From: Cystobasidiomycetes sp. EMM_F5 | Lineage: Eukaryota | Direction: 5' to 3' | DNA length: 64,000 bases | NCBI GenBank assembly: GCA_051047955.1 | Contig: JBPGPT010000026.1 | Coordinates: 1-64,000 of the forward strand | The notes under the pieces: model-generated | Seen by the model: only the letters and a program-made list of their open reading frames with translations | Told to the model about the DNA's origin: nothing | Databases searched by the model: none | In this document: positions 1 through 12,342 of the stretch, piece after piece | How the letters are laid out: each line of letters begins with the position of its first letter | Numbering within the stretch: position 1 is the first letter of the stretch | Made by a program: the position numbers and the translations under genes

Positions 1-1045
1 TGAACCATGGCCGCGCACCGCGAGAGGTATCCCAAGCGCGAACATTTTCAGTCTAAATTCCCCGGCGTTGGCGTCACTGTGGAAATTTTGTTCTGCCTTG
101 CCTCTGCCCTGCTGTAAAGCGGTTTCTCACAACGCAGTAGATCCAAGGCGCAATTATGAGGGGTGTCGGTCGGATCATACACATATCCGACGCGTGTGAT
201 AACAAGAAACAGGCTTATCAGCTAGCTGAAAAATGCTCACAGACCACTATTTGCATCAGTCGGGAATGTTGCGCGGTGGGCAGTGTGTACACACAAATTT
301 ATCACAGTCTATAGCTATCTATGCCTGACACCTGAGCTGTACCCCTGCAGCGCGCAACATAGCTACAGCCTTACGGCATATGGGATTATAAGGGTGCCCA
401 ATATAAGTGTAGGCCAGACCCTCAGCATTAGATCACATCTTCAATGTTGTCGCTGAAATATCGAGAAAACAGTGATATAGCTTGTGCTCTGTACGAAATG
501 CAATCTTGACGGGCTATAGGACGTGTGCCAATTCTCAGTGGGGTTTATGTCAGTCATATATTGCACAATCAGCAGCTCAATACATGCAGCTCAGAAATGT
601 CATCAGAGATTCCAGCTGGCGCTCGGTTTGTCGCAAAGCTGCAAGGAAGTGGTTGCTCGCTCAGCATTGTCAGAAATGTCATACTATCGTCAGACCTCGA
701 GACTAATATTGTTCGTGCAGTGGGCGCGACGCAGTCAGCTGCAGTAGTATTCTGTATTCCAAGATGATGTCGAAGAACTGTGGAAGTTGATTTCGTATAT
801 GCTATTGTCGAAATGATCTTGGGTGCCCAAAGCCGCAAATTGACCATAAATCGATGATAGTGCCAAAACGGCTCTGACACGTTTATACCGGCACGTTTTC
901 AGTAGGTTGACAGGCGTACATACGTATTTCTGTATACAGCTAGCTGCGATTTATAGACAGCCTGCTTACCAGTAGTGTAGACCTTTCGCGGTCAATGAAG
1001 CGCAGGCACATTCACATGCCTAGGATAGCAGAATTCATCGACATC

Positions 1046-1960
1046 TTATAAAATCTGTGCGGAGTGGACCAGGCGACTGTTCATCTTGTCGAAATTGACC
1101 ACCTTCCAGATATTGGCGAGATAGTCTGCTTTTCTGTTCTGGTGCTGAAGGTAGAAGGCGTGCTCCCACATGTCGATTCCGAATATGGGATGAGCGGAAG
1201 TCAATGGATCCTGATTGGCTGTTGTGGCCAGACACAGTTTCGCTGTGCTTGAATCATATGCCTGCCAGCGGTGCGAATCGACCGGCAAGATGAATTATGG
1301 TTGAAGTGGCACAGTCAAAAGCAAGCTGTAGCATCAGCTGACATGGCGTACGGGATGCAACCTCTGCTTACGAGCCATGCCCAGCCAGACCCCTGAATTG
1401 CGGTAGCCGCTGCATTTAACTGCTTCTGCAGACCCTCTAGCGATTCAAAGTCGCGCTTGATAAGCTCATCCAGTTTCCCTACGTCAGCGAGTCGGGGAGC
1501 GCCGTGCAGGAAAGTAGCATTCACAGTATCAGTAAGATGACATTCACGCGTTCTGCACAAGGCAGCCGTGTAGAATTGGGGCAGTACCATCGTTGAGCCG
1601 GCCTCCGCCGGACTTTTCGGGAGCCAGAGACTCCCAAAAGAGGGTATGGTTGATGTGACCCCCGCCGTTGAAACGCAGAGCGGGCTGTAACTCGATGGCC
1701 TTGCGTACGTCTCCTGCCTCAATTGCCTGTCTCATCGATTCCTCGGCCGCATTCAGACCGTTCACGTAGGCCTGGTGGTGCTTCGAGTGATGAAGCTCCA
1801 TAATCTCTGCCGAGATGGCCGGCTCAAGTGCTCCATAGTCGTAAGCTAGCGCTGGCAGCGTGTGCTTGCTTCGAGCGAGCGGGGAGTTGAAGAGGTGACG
1901 GAAGGAGTTGCCTCTAGTAGTCGCAGGGAATGCGAGTGCGCGCGATGCAGCGAGCAGCAT
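1046..1960 (-). CDS. SOD2: Mitochondrial manganese superoxide dismutase (intron-containing)
   Basis: Arg/Ser-rich presequence, then [48 protein letters not shown] and the [12 protein letters not shown] (DxWEHAYY-type) signature across three exons. Confidence 0.96.
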
Positions 1961-2147
1961 GGTTGTTAGATGTGAATGCTGCACCTGTGACAGCGGGCGG
2001 GTGGTTTCAGGACAGAGTAACAGCAGTCGGTGAAACCAAAAAGAGATGTGCTACCGACGAGATTGACGACTCTGCTTTTATTCGATGCATGCATGCATAA
2101 CACTGATCCTGCCCCGGTAGCTGCTCCTTGATAGTCGCAAGCCAGCC

Positions 2148-4635
2148 ATGGCGACCAGCACCATCGTGGACGATGTCGACGAGAATGCTCCACCGGATCC
2201 AGTCATCCCGCTCCCTCCAGAAATCGAGGTGCGTCAATCTAGCCGACGGGCAGTACATGCTTGCACGCATTCTTGGACGCTGGAGACTGACTAACGTCCT
2301 CACTATCCCTCCCCGCCCTTGTCGACGCGCTTCCACAACATCGCATGCAGGAACTATGGTCTTCACGAGCGCGTACGTGACATCGCGGGTCTGAGGGCGG
2401 CGTTGCAGATTGGTGCTCCCGTGCCGACGCTCCTCGCACAATCGCATCTCTAGAGTCAGTTGACGCAAATATCCTGCAGTGCTCCTGGTGCTTCTTCTCC
2501 TTATACTGTCATTCTGGGTATCATACTACCTCAAAGTACGCAGAATACGAGCAATTCACGAGACCATCGTTGCACTGTTGGCAGGCTGCTTCGTCGGCCT
2601 TGTTGTAAGACTCGCCCCGGGTACTGTCGTCCAGAACATGATCTCCTTCAGTGCGACCAAACTTTATCGCAAATAATGATACCTCAGGCTAAAGTGCATT
2701 CTCAATGTCACGTCATGCAGAGAGTACAATTCTACTCAACGTACTTCTCCCGCCTATCATTCTCAATTCGGGATTTGAGCTACGCCAGGCCAACTTCTTT
2801 CGCAACTTTGGCGTCATTCTCGCTTTTGCTTTTGCAGGCACATTCATTTCTGCGGTAGTGCTCGGGCAAGTCAACCAGCGGGGCTCTTTCTGAGGTCTGC
2901 TGATACGTGCACTCCTTGCATTGCAGTGTCCTTGTGTACATCTGGGCATTGTTGGGCCTGGAAGGCCTGTCTCTCACAATTGTCGAATGCCTTATCTTTG
3001 GTTCTACGCTCAGCGCAACCGACCCGGTCACAATAGTGTGTAGACTCTCTAGAATTGCGTCTCTGTGGTTGCTACAACTGCTCACTACACAACATTGTAC
3101 CCTTTTCCCGCTTGCGACAGTTAGCGATCTTCAACCAACTCAAAGTCGATCCGAAGCTTTACAGTATAATATTCGGAGAAAGCATCTTGAACGATGCTGT
3201 GGCAATCGTCATGTTCGAGTACGCTGCTCTTTCCTTCCATCCCTCGAGCGATGTAGGCTCACTGGGTCGCCCAATTTGTACTGCACTTCGCAGAACGCTA
3301 TCTCAGTTCCATGGCGAGAAGATCCATCTTTTGTCTTTCTTTCACGGCGTCGGCATATTTCTGCTGATTTTCATGACATCGATGGCGTTGGGAGTTGTTT
3401 TCGGACTCGGATGCTCCTTGATGCTGAAACATTCTCGGCTTAACGAATTTCCTGAGATCGAATCTTGCCTGGTAATCCTCATCGCATACACGAGCTACTT
3501 CTTCAGTAACGGTCTCACGATGAGCGGTATCGTTTCGTTGCTCTTTTGCGGCATCACACTCAAACACTACGCATACCACAATATGTCTAAACGCGCGCAA
3601 AGGACCAGCAAATACATGTTTGCCAGTCTGGCACAACTCTGCGAAAATTTCATCTTCATCTATCTCGGTCTCAGCCTCTTCACACAAACCGATCTTGTCT
3701 ACAAGCCAATGTTCATCGTTGTGACAGCCGTAAGTCGACAAGTAGACCGCAATTTGCGAAACGTATCGCTAATTTTGGGTTTATAACATATGTCAATCAC
3801 GTGTGCCAACCAGATGGCTATTGTTGCCGCTCGATGGTGCGCAGTCTTTCCGATAAGTAAAGCTGTCAATATTGCCTTCCGCGCGCGTGGCCAGAGGCCA
3901 GAAGAATTACCGCAATCATACCAAATGATGCTCTTTTGGGCAGGCTTGAGAGGCGCCGTGGGAGTCGCCCTTGCCGCAGGTATCAAAGGGCACAACGCAA
4001 AATCTTTGCGCACTACTGTACTGGTGACTGTCGTGATAACACTCGTAGTATTCGGTGGCACAGTGGGCAGAATGATTGAGATCGTAGGCATACGAACGGG
4101 TGTTCAAGAGGACGAGGATGACAGCACCGATGATGAGGCTGTCGCAACCACTGTGGGATCCTACCGGTCTTGTAAGCTGATAAATATGATTGCCAACTAG
4201 TCTGCTAATATGCCAACCCCGTTTCCTCGTCGGGCAGTGGGATCTCAGGCTGTAGAGTCACCATACCGTGACTATAATCGAAATCCGTCGTTTCCAGCTC
4301 TTGCGGCTGGCAGGCGACACAATGCATCCACGAACTTCCGTTCCGCATCCGCAGAATTGGATTCGGACGAGGATGATGCAGAGGTCTTGCCGAGCGCCTC
4401 CTCTGCCGGATCGTACACAGAGGGAGGCCTCGACAGCGGTGCTGTCTGGAGAGACGGTCAATGGTTCAATGTCCTGGACGAACAGTATTTACTGCCTGTG
4501 TTTAGCAATGCAACAGCGTCCAGGAGGCAAGCATCACGGAAAGCTTTTCGTCTCAACCGCAGCGATAGGCATGTAGCAGTCAATGAAGACGACAATACAG
4601 GGCCAGAATTAGATCTGGGCGTGAGAAGAGAGTGA
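2148..4635 (+). CDS. NHX1: Endosomal Na+(K+)/H+ antiporter, CPA1 family
   Basis: LLPPIILNSG, FFRNFG, LSATDPVT, IFGESILNDAVAIV, SGIVSLLFCGITLKHYAY and WAGLRGAVGVALA in successive exons. ATG at 2148 is inferred; the 3' end is approximate. Confidence 0.94.
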
Positions 4636-4871
4636 CAACCTCACCTGTTGTCGCATCCTTTAGCATACTGTATACGTAGAAAACATGTCTCACAAGCTGC
4701 AGCCTTTCGGCTTCATGCAGACTCGACCAGCTCTTAGCCACCCGACCAATTAGAAGATCACTCGCTCCGTATGCATCTGTCTTTAATAATATAGATGTGG
4801 GGAAAGGCCTAGGAACCCTTGCTACTTCGCCTTGTTACTTCGCCTGGAGTGTTTGGCTGGCTTTGGCATAT

Positions 4872-6706
4872 CTACGCATACACTGGTTTCTGAGTCCGAC
4901 GACTTTCTCGACGCTGGCGAGCTGCATCCACTCGCAGCGATTTGCTATCTTTCTGCAACAATCCCATCGCGGCAGAGCCATCCTGGCCTTGGGGTACGGC
5001 ATTTGCGACGGTTGTGGACGCAAGCCTTCGCAACTCAGCAGCTTTGCGGTCTCGCCGCTCCTTTGCATTTTCTTGCACGATTGTACGTTGATTCCGTTCC
5101 TCAGTCCCACGGGCATCCTTCTCCGCCGCCCTAGTCTTCATGTCCGAGAAGGCTTCGCGAGTATCTTTAAAAGCCTGAACAAAGCCAAGTCCGCTTTGGC
5201 TCTTGCTTGCATCTTTTGGCAGTGGATCGGGGATGTTAGCCCAAGTCTTGAAGAATTGTAACCTGAGTACGAGCGATTGCAATACGGAAAACGTGTTATG
5301 GGTGACCCAATACACCAATACGGCCTGAAATAATAGATTGGCGAAGAACGTCAGCGTGAGCCACAGACTAGCATTCTTACGAGTTCGTCGCGTTTGCTAC
5401 GGAGATGTCAATGTACTTACCGCCGGAAAGGAAGAAGTGAAGTATATGATGAGTGGCAGACACATTTTGATGCCATTGCGGATAGTTTTTGCGGCGCCAG
5501 TTGCTTCAGGCATGCCATATTCGCCAACTTGAAGAACTGCTAAGGTCGCGACCCCAGACAATACGGGGAGAATGTAGTAGGGATCTGGTACACTGAGGTC
5601 TGTGAACCAGCTCAAACCACCGGTCGCAAAGTCGGGAAGACCAGCGCTTGCCATTCCGCGAAGCGAAAAGAAGAAAGTGATAAACAGCGGCATCTGTAAA
5701 AGAGGGGCAATCAGGCCTCGTAGAGGGTTGCAATTATTTGAACGGAGCAGATGCGCTGTATCTTGTTGCAGACCGTATATTCGTGCAGGGCTGGCTGTCG
5801 GGTCGGCTTTGATGGCCTTTATTTCATTAATGTTTGCGAGCATTTGTGGCTGTATCCTAGCGAGTCGGGCGTTGTTGGCGATACCTGACACCATCACCGG
5901 AAACAGGAATACTCGAACTGTTATGACGACGAGACCAATGGTTGCCCACCATGGCAGTCCTGTCGTTATGTGCGTCCACTCCAGCAGATGCTGCACTGGT
6001 CCCGTAAAGAAACCATCGCCCAGACCATAATCCGACAAGGTACGATGAGTCTCGTTTACACTCTCTACGAGATCGCTTGGGGTTGGGAGGCTATCGGCCG
6101 GAGAGGGTGCTGCTTCCGGTAAGGTGTTTCCTGCGAGATTCTGTGAAGCATTCGGCGGCACCTCGGCAGCATTTAAGGGTTGCACCGATGCAGTATGTAG
6201 GCTCCCAGAGGTGATAGGTGCCGCATCATTGACGGAAGCCTGGTGTGTCAGCGGGGTCATTGACTCTGAAGCGACTGCATCTGTCTGCGTGGCATTAGGG
6301 GGGCTTCTCGCTGGCCAAAGTGAGAAAGCTCTCGTGTGCCGAAGGCTTTGCGAGCCAAGTCCCAGCAGCTGTGAGTGGGCATGGTGACTGCGCCGTGCTC
6401 TTGCGGGAAAAGTGGGCGATGGAATATGCGTCGACTGATGCCTTTCGAACGGCAAGACAACCGTCGCTGGCAGCCCAGACTGTGGGCGCGCAAAGGTATG
6501 GCTCGCTTGCCTGGCGGTCACTGTTTCAGCTGCCCATATCCATCTATCGCCAACAATGTCCAAAATGCTTCATCAGCTTTGTCCCGACTCCGCCTGGACC
6601 AGGGTTAGCTGGCACAATATGGCACTGATGCTCACCTAGGCAGCGCGGTCGACGTCGACGGTATGGGCGCAGTCCGCAGGCGGCGAGCGATACTCTTGAC
6701 CTGCAT
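4872..6706 (-). CDS. OXA1: Mitochondrial inner-membrane insertase, Oxa1/YidC family
   Basis: TGLPWWATIGL, QMPLFITFFFSLRGM, GGLSWFTDLSVPDPYYILP, VYWVTHNTFSVLQ and a basic C-terminal tail. Presequence-like first exon MQVKSIARRLRTAP from ATG 6706. Confidence 0.92.
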
Positions 6707-6747
6707 TGCGTCGTATGCCAACAAGTGAAGCGTCAACGGCGACAATA

Positions 6748-9700
6748 ATGTACGATGCGCTGCAAGTTTCGCAGCTGCCCATCGTATCCGACATCGAGGA
6801 CAGGGTGGAGGCCTTGCTGCTCCACGGTGAGCCGTAGCGGGCTGGCTGGCTGGCTGGCGAGACGAGCTGATGCAGTCATTTCTGCACCTGGCTTTGAAAG
6901 CCGGCAAGCTGTATGTAGGCTGCAATAACGGTTCTCTCCACATATACAGCCTGAACTTGGATGACGAGCCAGCTACTGGTGGGCCAGGCTTTCAAGCAGA
7001 GATGCACTCCGTCTGAAATCTCCACTCGACAGCGTCGCTGGACAAGACTGTCCGGCAATTCAGCCCACACCCTATCGACCAGCTTGGCGTAGTCAAGCAG
7101 ACCAACAGCATTGTGTCTCTGTCGAGTAGGTCGCGATCGACGCATCCAGGCCAGTGCTGTGTCGAGTGTCCATATTGAGGGTGCTGCCGTATGTACAGAT
7201 GGAACAATACATCTACACGATCTACACTCTCTGCAGCAGCAGACGGCGCTCGGTTCCTCCTCGGCAACCAAAGGGCAAGCTGCTCTGTTTGCAGTTGAGA
7301 CTTCGGTACAATTGCCTCTGCAGACCGAGTCGACACTCACAGGGAGCAGTAAACACAGTAATCATCCGACAGTAAAGACTGGCCCGGATCGAAACAAGCA
7401 GCCTCTGCTAAAAAAAGCCATCCACGCCCCTAATCTTGTATCGAGTCTGGCCGTTGCTTGTCGCAGAAGGCTAGTTTTGTTCACTTGGTGCAATGAGCAG
7501 TGGCAAGCACCACAAGTCGGTAGCTGTTACCTCAATTGAGCCTGTGTTGGTTCCTGACGTAATGCAATAGGAATTGCAACTGCCTCATCAGATACGATCA
7601 TTGGCATTCACAACTCCCTCCTCAATCGTAGTCGGGTTTTCTACCAAAGATTACGGCATAATCACCCTTTCCAAACGAAACGTCTCACTAAGCACCTCCA
7701 CGGCTTCGTCCCCGATTTCAGTCCCGATGGTACCAGCTTTGGAGTCCGTCTTTCAGCTTGAGGTACCTCACGGTGCTTTGGCTCCGACTAGCTCAAACGC
7801 CTCGAGTTTGGGAGCCATTTCTGGCTTGGGAGGGTTGGCGGCCAAGACCGGTGGTTATGTCGGACTGACGACCAAGGTGGATCGCAATTTTGTCGTAAAA
7901 GTGCAAAACGAGGAGTTTTCAGCACTCCGAGATAACATATGTGTCTTTTGCAATGTCAGCAGCCGACCGTCTTGGAGCAAACGCTTCGTTGAGTGTTCCA
8001 CGGCACCAGATGAAGTGGTAACTGTTTGGCCGTACCTCCTTTCAGTCCTGCCTCCTACACCTCACGGGAGAGCCGAAAGCATCTCTGCAAAGTTGCCAAG
8101 CATCGAAGTACACTTGGTTCCACAGAGACGACTAGTTCAGAAATTGAACATGCCTCCACTGCCGGCAGACCGTCGACCAGCGAGCATCGTAGATATGCCT
8201 CCGCCGCAACCTTCTCAGCTGGTAAAATTGCTCACGGCAAGTGAGAACGGCAAGGCGCCTCTGGTCATCCTCGTCGAACCTACTCTCAATGCACCTCAGA
8301 ACAATCTGTCGACACCACCAGCGCATCGGCGCAGCGAAATATACCTGATTCGGCTTATGCCGTTGTTGCAGCAAGTAGACCAAGTCATCTCCCATGGGGA
8401 TTACGAGATGGCTATGTCACTACTAAGCTCCTCAGCTCACTCTGAGAGGCAAGGTGATTTCAGTGCCCGTCGAAAACAATTGGAAAGCTTGAATGCCCTG
8501 TTGCTTTTCCGAGACCAGCGCAAAATTAGCGAAGCCATGACTAGATTTATTGATTTAAACATCAATCCCAGTAAGGTCATAGCATTATATCCTGTCTCAC
8601 TTTCTGGCAAGTTGGCGACTGAAGAAGATGAGATCGAAGGGGTCTGGGGCGGCCGAACTAAAGCGGATATCGTCCGCCAGCGAGATGAGGAAGGCACAAA
8701 TAGTGCACAAAACCCTCATCAAGGACCAGTCCCGCTCGAAGAAATCGCTCAAAATCTGTCATCCGTGGATCGTAAAGCGAGTGTGGTGACCTGGGGCGCC
8801 TCCCCAAGCAAGACCAAAGCATACCCCAAGGACGATGATACTGCGTCCATTAGAAGTAGGCAAAGTGGCAGAGGCGGCAAGCCACAAGCACTATCGACGG
8901 AACAAGATATAAATGATGGTGCGTTCATTCGTCCAACCTAGCCAACCTAGTACAACCTCCTCACTTTCACGCATATAAAGTGCTCTCTCAGAAGTCTTCG
9001 GTGGATGTTCTAGTGATGTATCTGACCGATCGCCGACAACACATAGCACAGGCTCTAGCAAACCTGTCCCTCCGTGAACGACCGTCTCCGTCGAGTCCTA
9101 TGCCGGAATCTCCTTCTAGCTCGCCTGTTGACCTGTTCAGGTTGCCTGATGCAGCGCTATCCACATACACGCCGTCTCAGCTGCAGCGTACTGCGCAGGT
9201 TGTTGAAACAACCTTGTTCAGATGTTACTTGCAGGTTAAGCAAGTCATGCTTGGTCCGCTCTGCCGGATTGAAAATTGGTGCGAGGTAGAGGAAGTGGAG
9301 GAGTTGTTGCTAGAGGCTAAGGTAAGCCTGGTCTGGACATGTCCTTCCTGCCCACTGAGTACAGGCCTGCGACAGAAATACACCGAGTTGCTCGACCTCT
9401 ACAACGGCAAGCATATGCACGACAAAGCTGTGAGATTGCTTAAGAGGTGAGTGTGTCCTTTTAGGCGGTTCCTTGTGCAGTTGCCCATGAGCCAGCTTTT
9501 CTTAGAATGGTAGAAGAAGCGGACGGCGCCACTCTAGAGAGGAATCTTGCCATTACGGTCGCTTACCTACAGAAACTCGGACCCAAGTATCTGGAACTGA
9601 TTTTCGAGGCGTCGAAGTGGATTTCGGAGATTGACACCGACTACGGTCTCCAACTCTTTACGGCCGACAGGGAGGAAGTTGAGTCGCTCCCGCGGTACGC

Positions 9701-10689
9701 GGTATCAATGCATTTGTCTCGGACAGCTCCGGCATCTGTATATATGAAGTATCTTGAGTACATCATTCATAGGCTTCACGAAGATGGCGCCGACTTTCAC
9801 GACAAACTCATCGAGCTGTATCTGGCTGAAGTGATTGATGCGATGGAAGGAGACGATATAAAGCAGAACCCGCTCTATCAGAAACTGTTGCTTTTTCTCG
9901 AAACGTCTCATCGTTACCGGCCGGACAGACTTCTTGGCCGGGTACCAGACGACAGCCTGTTTGAAATACGGGCAAACCTGCTAGGCCGCATGGAACAACA
10001 TGAAGCAGCACTCACCATCTACGTCCATAAGCTTCGAGATAATCAAAAGGCAGAAGAGTGAGTGGAATGCCTGTATTTATCCGTGTAGTCATCCCTAAGC
10101 ATACGCGTATGTGCCTTCCAGCTATTGCAAACGCTTCTATTCTTTTGGCACGCCGTCATCCCGGGACATATACATAACGCTGCTCAAAGTCTATCTTCGA
10201 CCGGTCGGGGAGACCAAGTCGCACAATCGCCTCAGTCAGCAGTCATCTGTCTTGCAAATTGATGCGGAATATCTTCGGCCAGTCCTGCATTTATTGAAAC
10301 ACTACGGCACAAAGATGAATACTTCATCAGCTTTGGAGCTACTTCCTCCTCTTCTTACGGTACAAGAGCTACAGGACTTCTTGACAACAGCTGTACGTCA
10401 GAGTGCATCGAGGTCACGCAATGTGCAGGTGCACAGCCGTCTAAGAAGGGCTCGGATGGACCAAGTGGAGCGCACGGCTATGGCCTTACGTTCGCAACGA
10501 GTGAAGGTAACAGATTCCAGATACTGCCCCTCTTGCCACAAAAGGCTGGGCAATAGCGCTATAGCCGTGCATGCTCCCAAGTAAGCACAGTACTGCGTAT
10601 GCTTATTTCCATGCCACTGATCCCATCTTGGCGTCTGTAGCGGCGATGTCACCCATTACAATTGCCGAGACAAGTGGGTAGCTGCATAA
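6748..10689 (+). CDS. VPS39: HOPS subunit Vps39/Vam6 (CNH domain, helical repeats, C-terminal zinc knuckle)
   Basis: KLYVGCNNGSLHIY, LGPLCRIENWCEVEEVEELL, YLQKLGP, FHDKLIELYL, LLGRMEQHEAALTIYVHKL and CPSCHKRLGNSAIAV...GDVTHYNC. Multi-exon. Confidence 0.93.
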
Positions 10690-10959
10690 ATGGCGGTAGC
10701 CTTTCGCGATCGCGGAGCTCATCGTGAAGCCACAAGCTTGCGCTTTTTGTGTGGTCATTGCACTCGATAATTGCACAGTGCCAAAGGGCCGTTCTCGCGC
10801 ACAGGCCCGACCTGTATTTTTCAGATCATGCACAGATCGCTTTAGGAAAGAGCTGGATTCATGTGGAGTGTCATCCGCGACGAGCCCGATATAAGCATGT
10901 CTCCGTCTAGAACTCTTTGCAAGGCTTCGCAAGACTGACGCAAGTACTGCTAGCACATC

Positions 10960-11190
10960 TCCGTCAGGTTGGTCGGTGCGCTATCAGCATAGGACGCCCA
11001 GCGCTTGTCGAAAGCAAGCGGTGGCCTGTGCGCGCACAAAAGCCGATCGTCCGCGTTCAATATCTCGAACTCACGCTGCTTGCGTCTTTCGATTCTTCCG
11101 TTACTGACCAACTCTCTCCTTCACCGACAATGGCACTCAGACTATCGCTCCGTCTCGTATCACAGACTGCGCGGCAGCGTATGGTAACGG
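10960..11190 (+). repeat. Duplicated upstream, 5'UTR and presequence segment, copy 1
   Basis: Closely similar to 13790-14020, e.g. shared gcctgtgcgcgcacaaaagc, gaactcacgctgctt, ccgacaatggca and tcagactatcgctccgtctcg. Confidence 0.9.
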
Positions 11191-12342
11191 GCAACACCCA
11201 AATCCTAGGCAACCGCAGTTTATGGACGCATTCGCCCATCGCGCGGTCACGCTCAGCGAACATGATCTTGAACGCGAATATCCCCTCCTTTGCACTTCGC
11301 CAGCCCTCCATGACCGGAACCATACAGAGAGTCGGATTGCGAAAGATAAACACCGAGTCGGGTTTTCCAACTATTGAACGGCCCAGTAAGGCGGGAAGGT
11401 GGGGCAGCATAGCATCCGCAAGCGCGATCATGGTTGGTACGATTGCCACTCTGGCCCTTCTCGATGACGAGGAGGATCTCACTGCAGAGGAGTCAATTTT
11501 CCTCAGATCAACCTCTCTCTACGCTACGGCAGTATTAGGACTCTTCGTGGCGTCGAGCGTTGCCTTACGAAAACTGCCATTGGCTCGTCGGTATATGCAG
11601 ACATGGCCAGTTTCTTTCTCCCTTGCTGGCGGCATTGCAATGATTGGCACGAGTATATGCTACGCCAACGCTTCGGAAAGCCATACGGTCGAAAAACACT
11701 TTTGGGGATCTGCTCGTATTGTTTCGTCTAGCGCATTTCTGGGTCCAATCCTGTAAGCGGGCATTCGGTTTTGCTGTCTCTCTGAGTCGGCTCAGCTTTG
11801 GCTGACACCACGTACAGTCTAATGATAGCACCTTCACGGATAATAACGCTATATCCCTATTACATGATGAGCGCTGTAGGCTCTTGTTGCTACGCGAGTG
11901 CAACCATCCGAAGCGAAGCTGGCCACGCGAAGACCATGCTCAGACTCAGTATAGCGTCTTTGCTGGCTCTCCGAATACTAGCACCTGTCTTGTTACCAGT
12001 TGGCATGGTAGATCTAACCTCTATGGAGTTTTTTTTTTGGGGGCTATGCGATCGCCCGGTATATGATTGAGTGAGTTTACTTGGCAATTGCACACAGCCG
12101 TAAATATTGACAGCGCTGCCAGTGCTTCAAACCGAATGCGGGATGTGTTACACCGGTTTCGTATAACCGCTGCCGGCTCAACAGAGCAGACGCCTCTTGA
12201 AACCACTCGCGGTCGCAGTCCGCTCGAGGCATCGTACGTCGATCTAGCGGCTCCCGCTTCTGTAGTCGTGTTGACATGTCTCCCCTTTCCGCATGGCGCA
12301 ATCAGTCACGATCTGATACCCCTTCTATGCATCATCGCCTAA
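11130..12342 (+). pseudogene. GHITM/MICS1 (TMBIM5, Bax-inhibitor-1 family)-like gene, copy 1; frameshifted at a T10 run as assembled
   Basis: Presequence MALRLSLRLVSQ, then EESIFLRSTSLYA...EKHFW...LGPIL, LAPVLLP and RSPLEAS, which align with recalled fungal GHITM segments. Intron positions match copy 2. One extra T at 12029-12038 breaks the frame. Confidence 0.65.

Noticed and set aside
1..900. Short ORFs and a repeated cagaaatgtcat 12-mer (near 592 and 671) as a possible transposon remnant
   Set aside because: No transposase or RT motif, terminal repeat or recognisable protein; two copies of a 12-mer are not enough.
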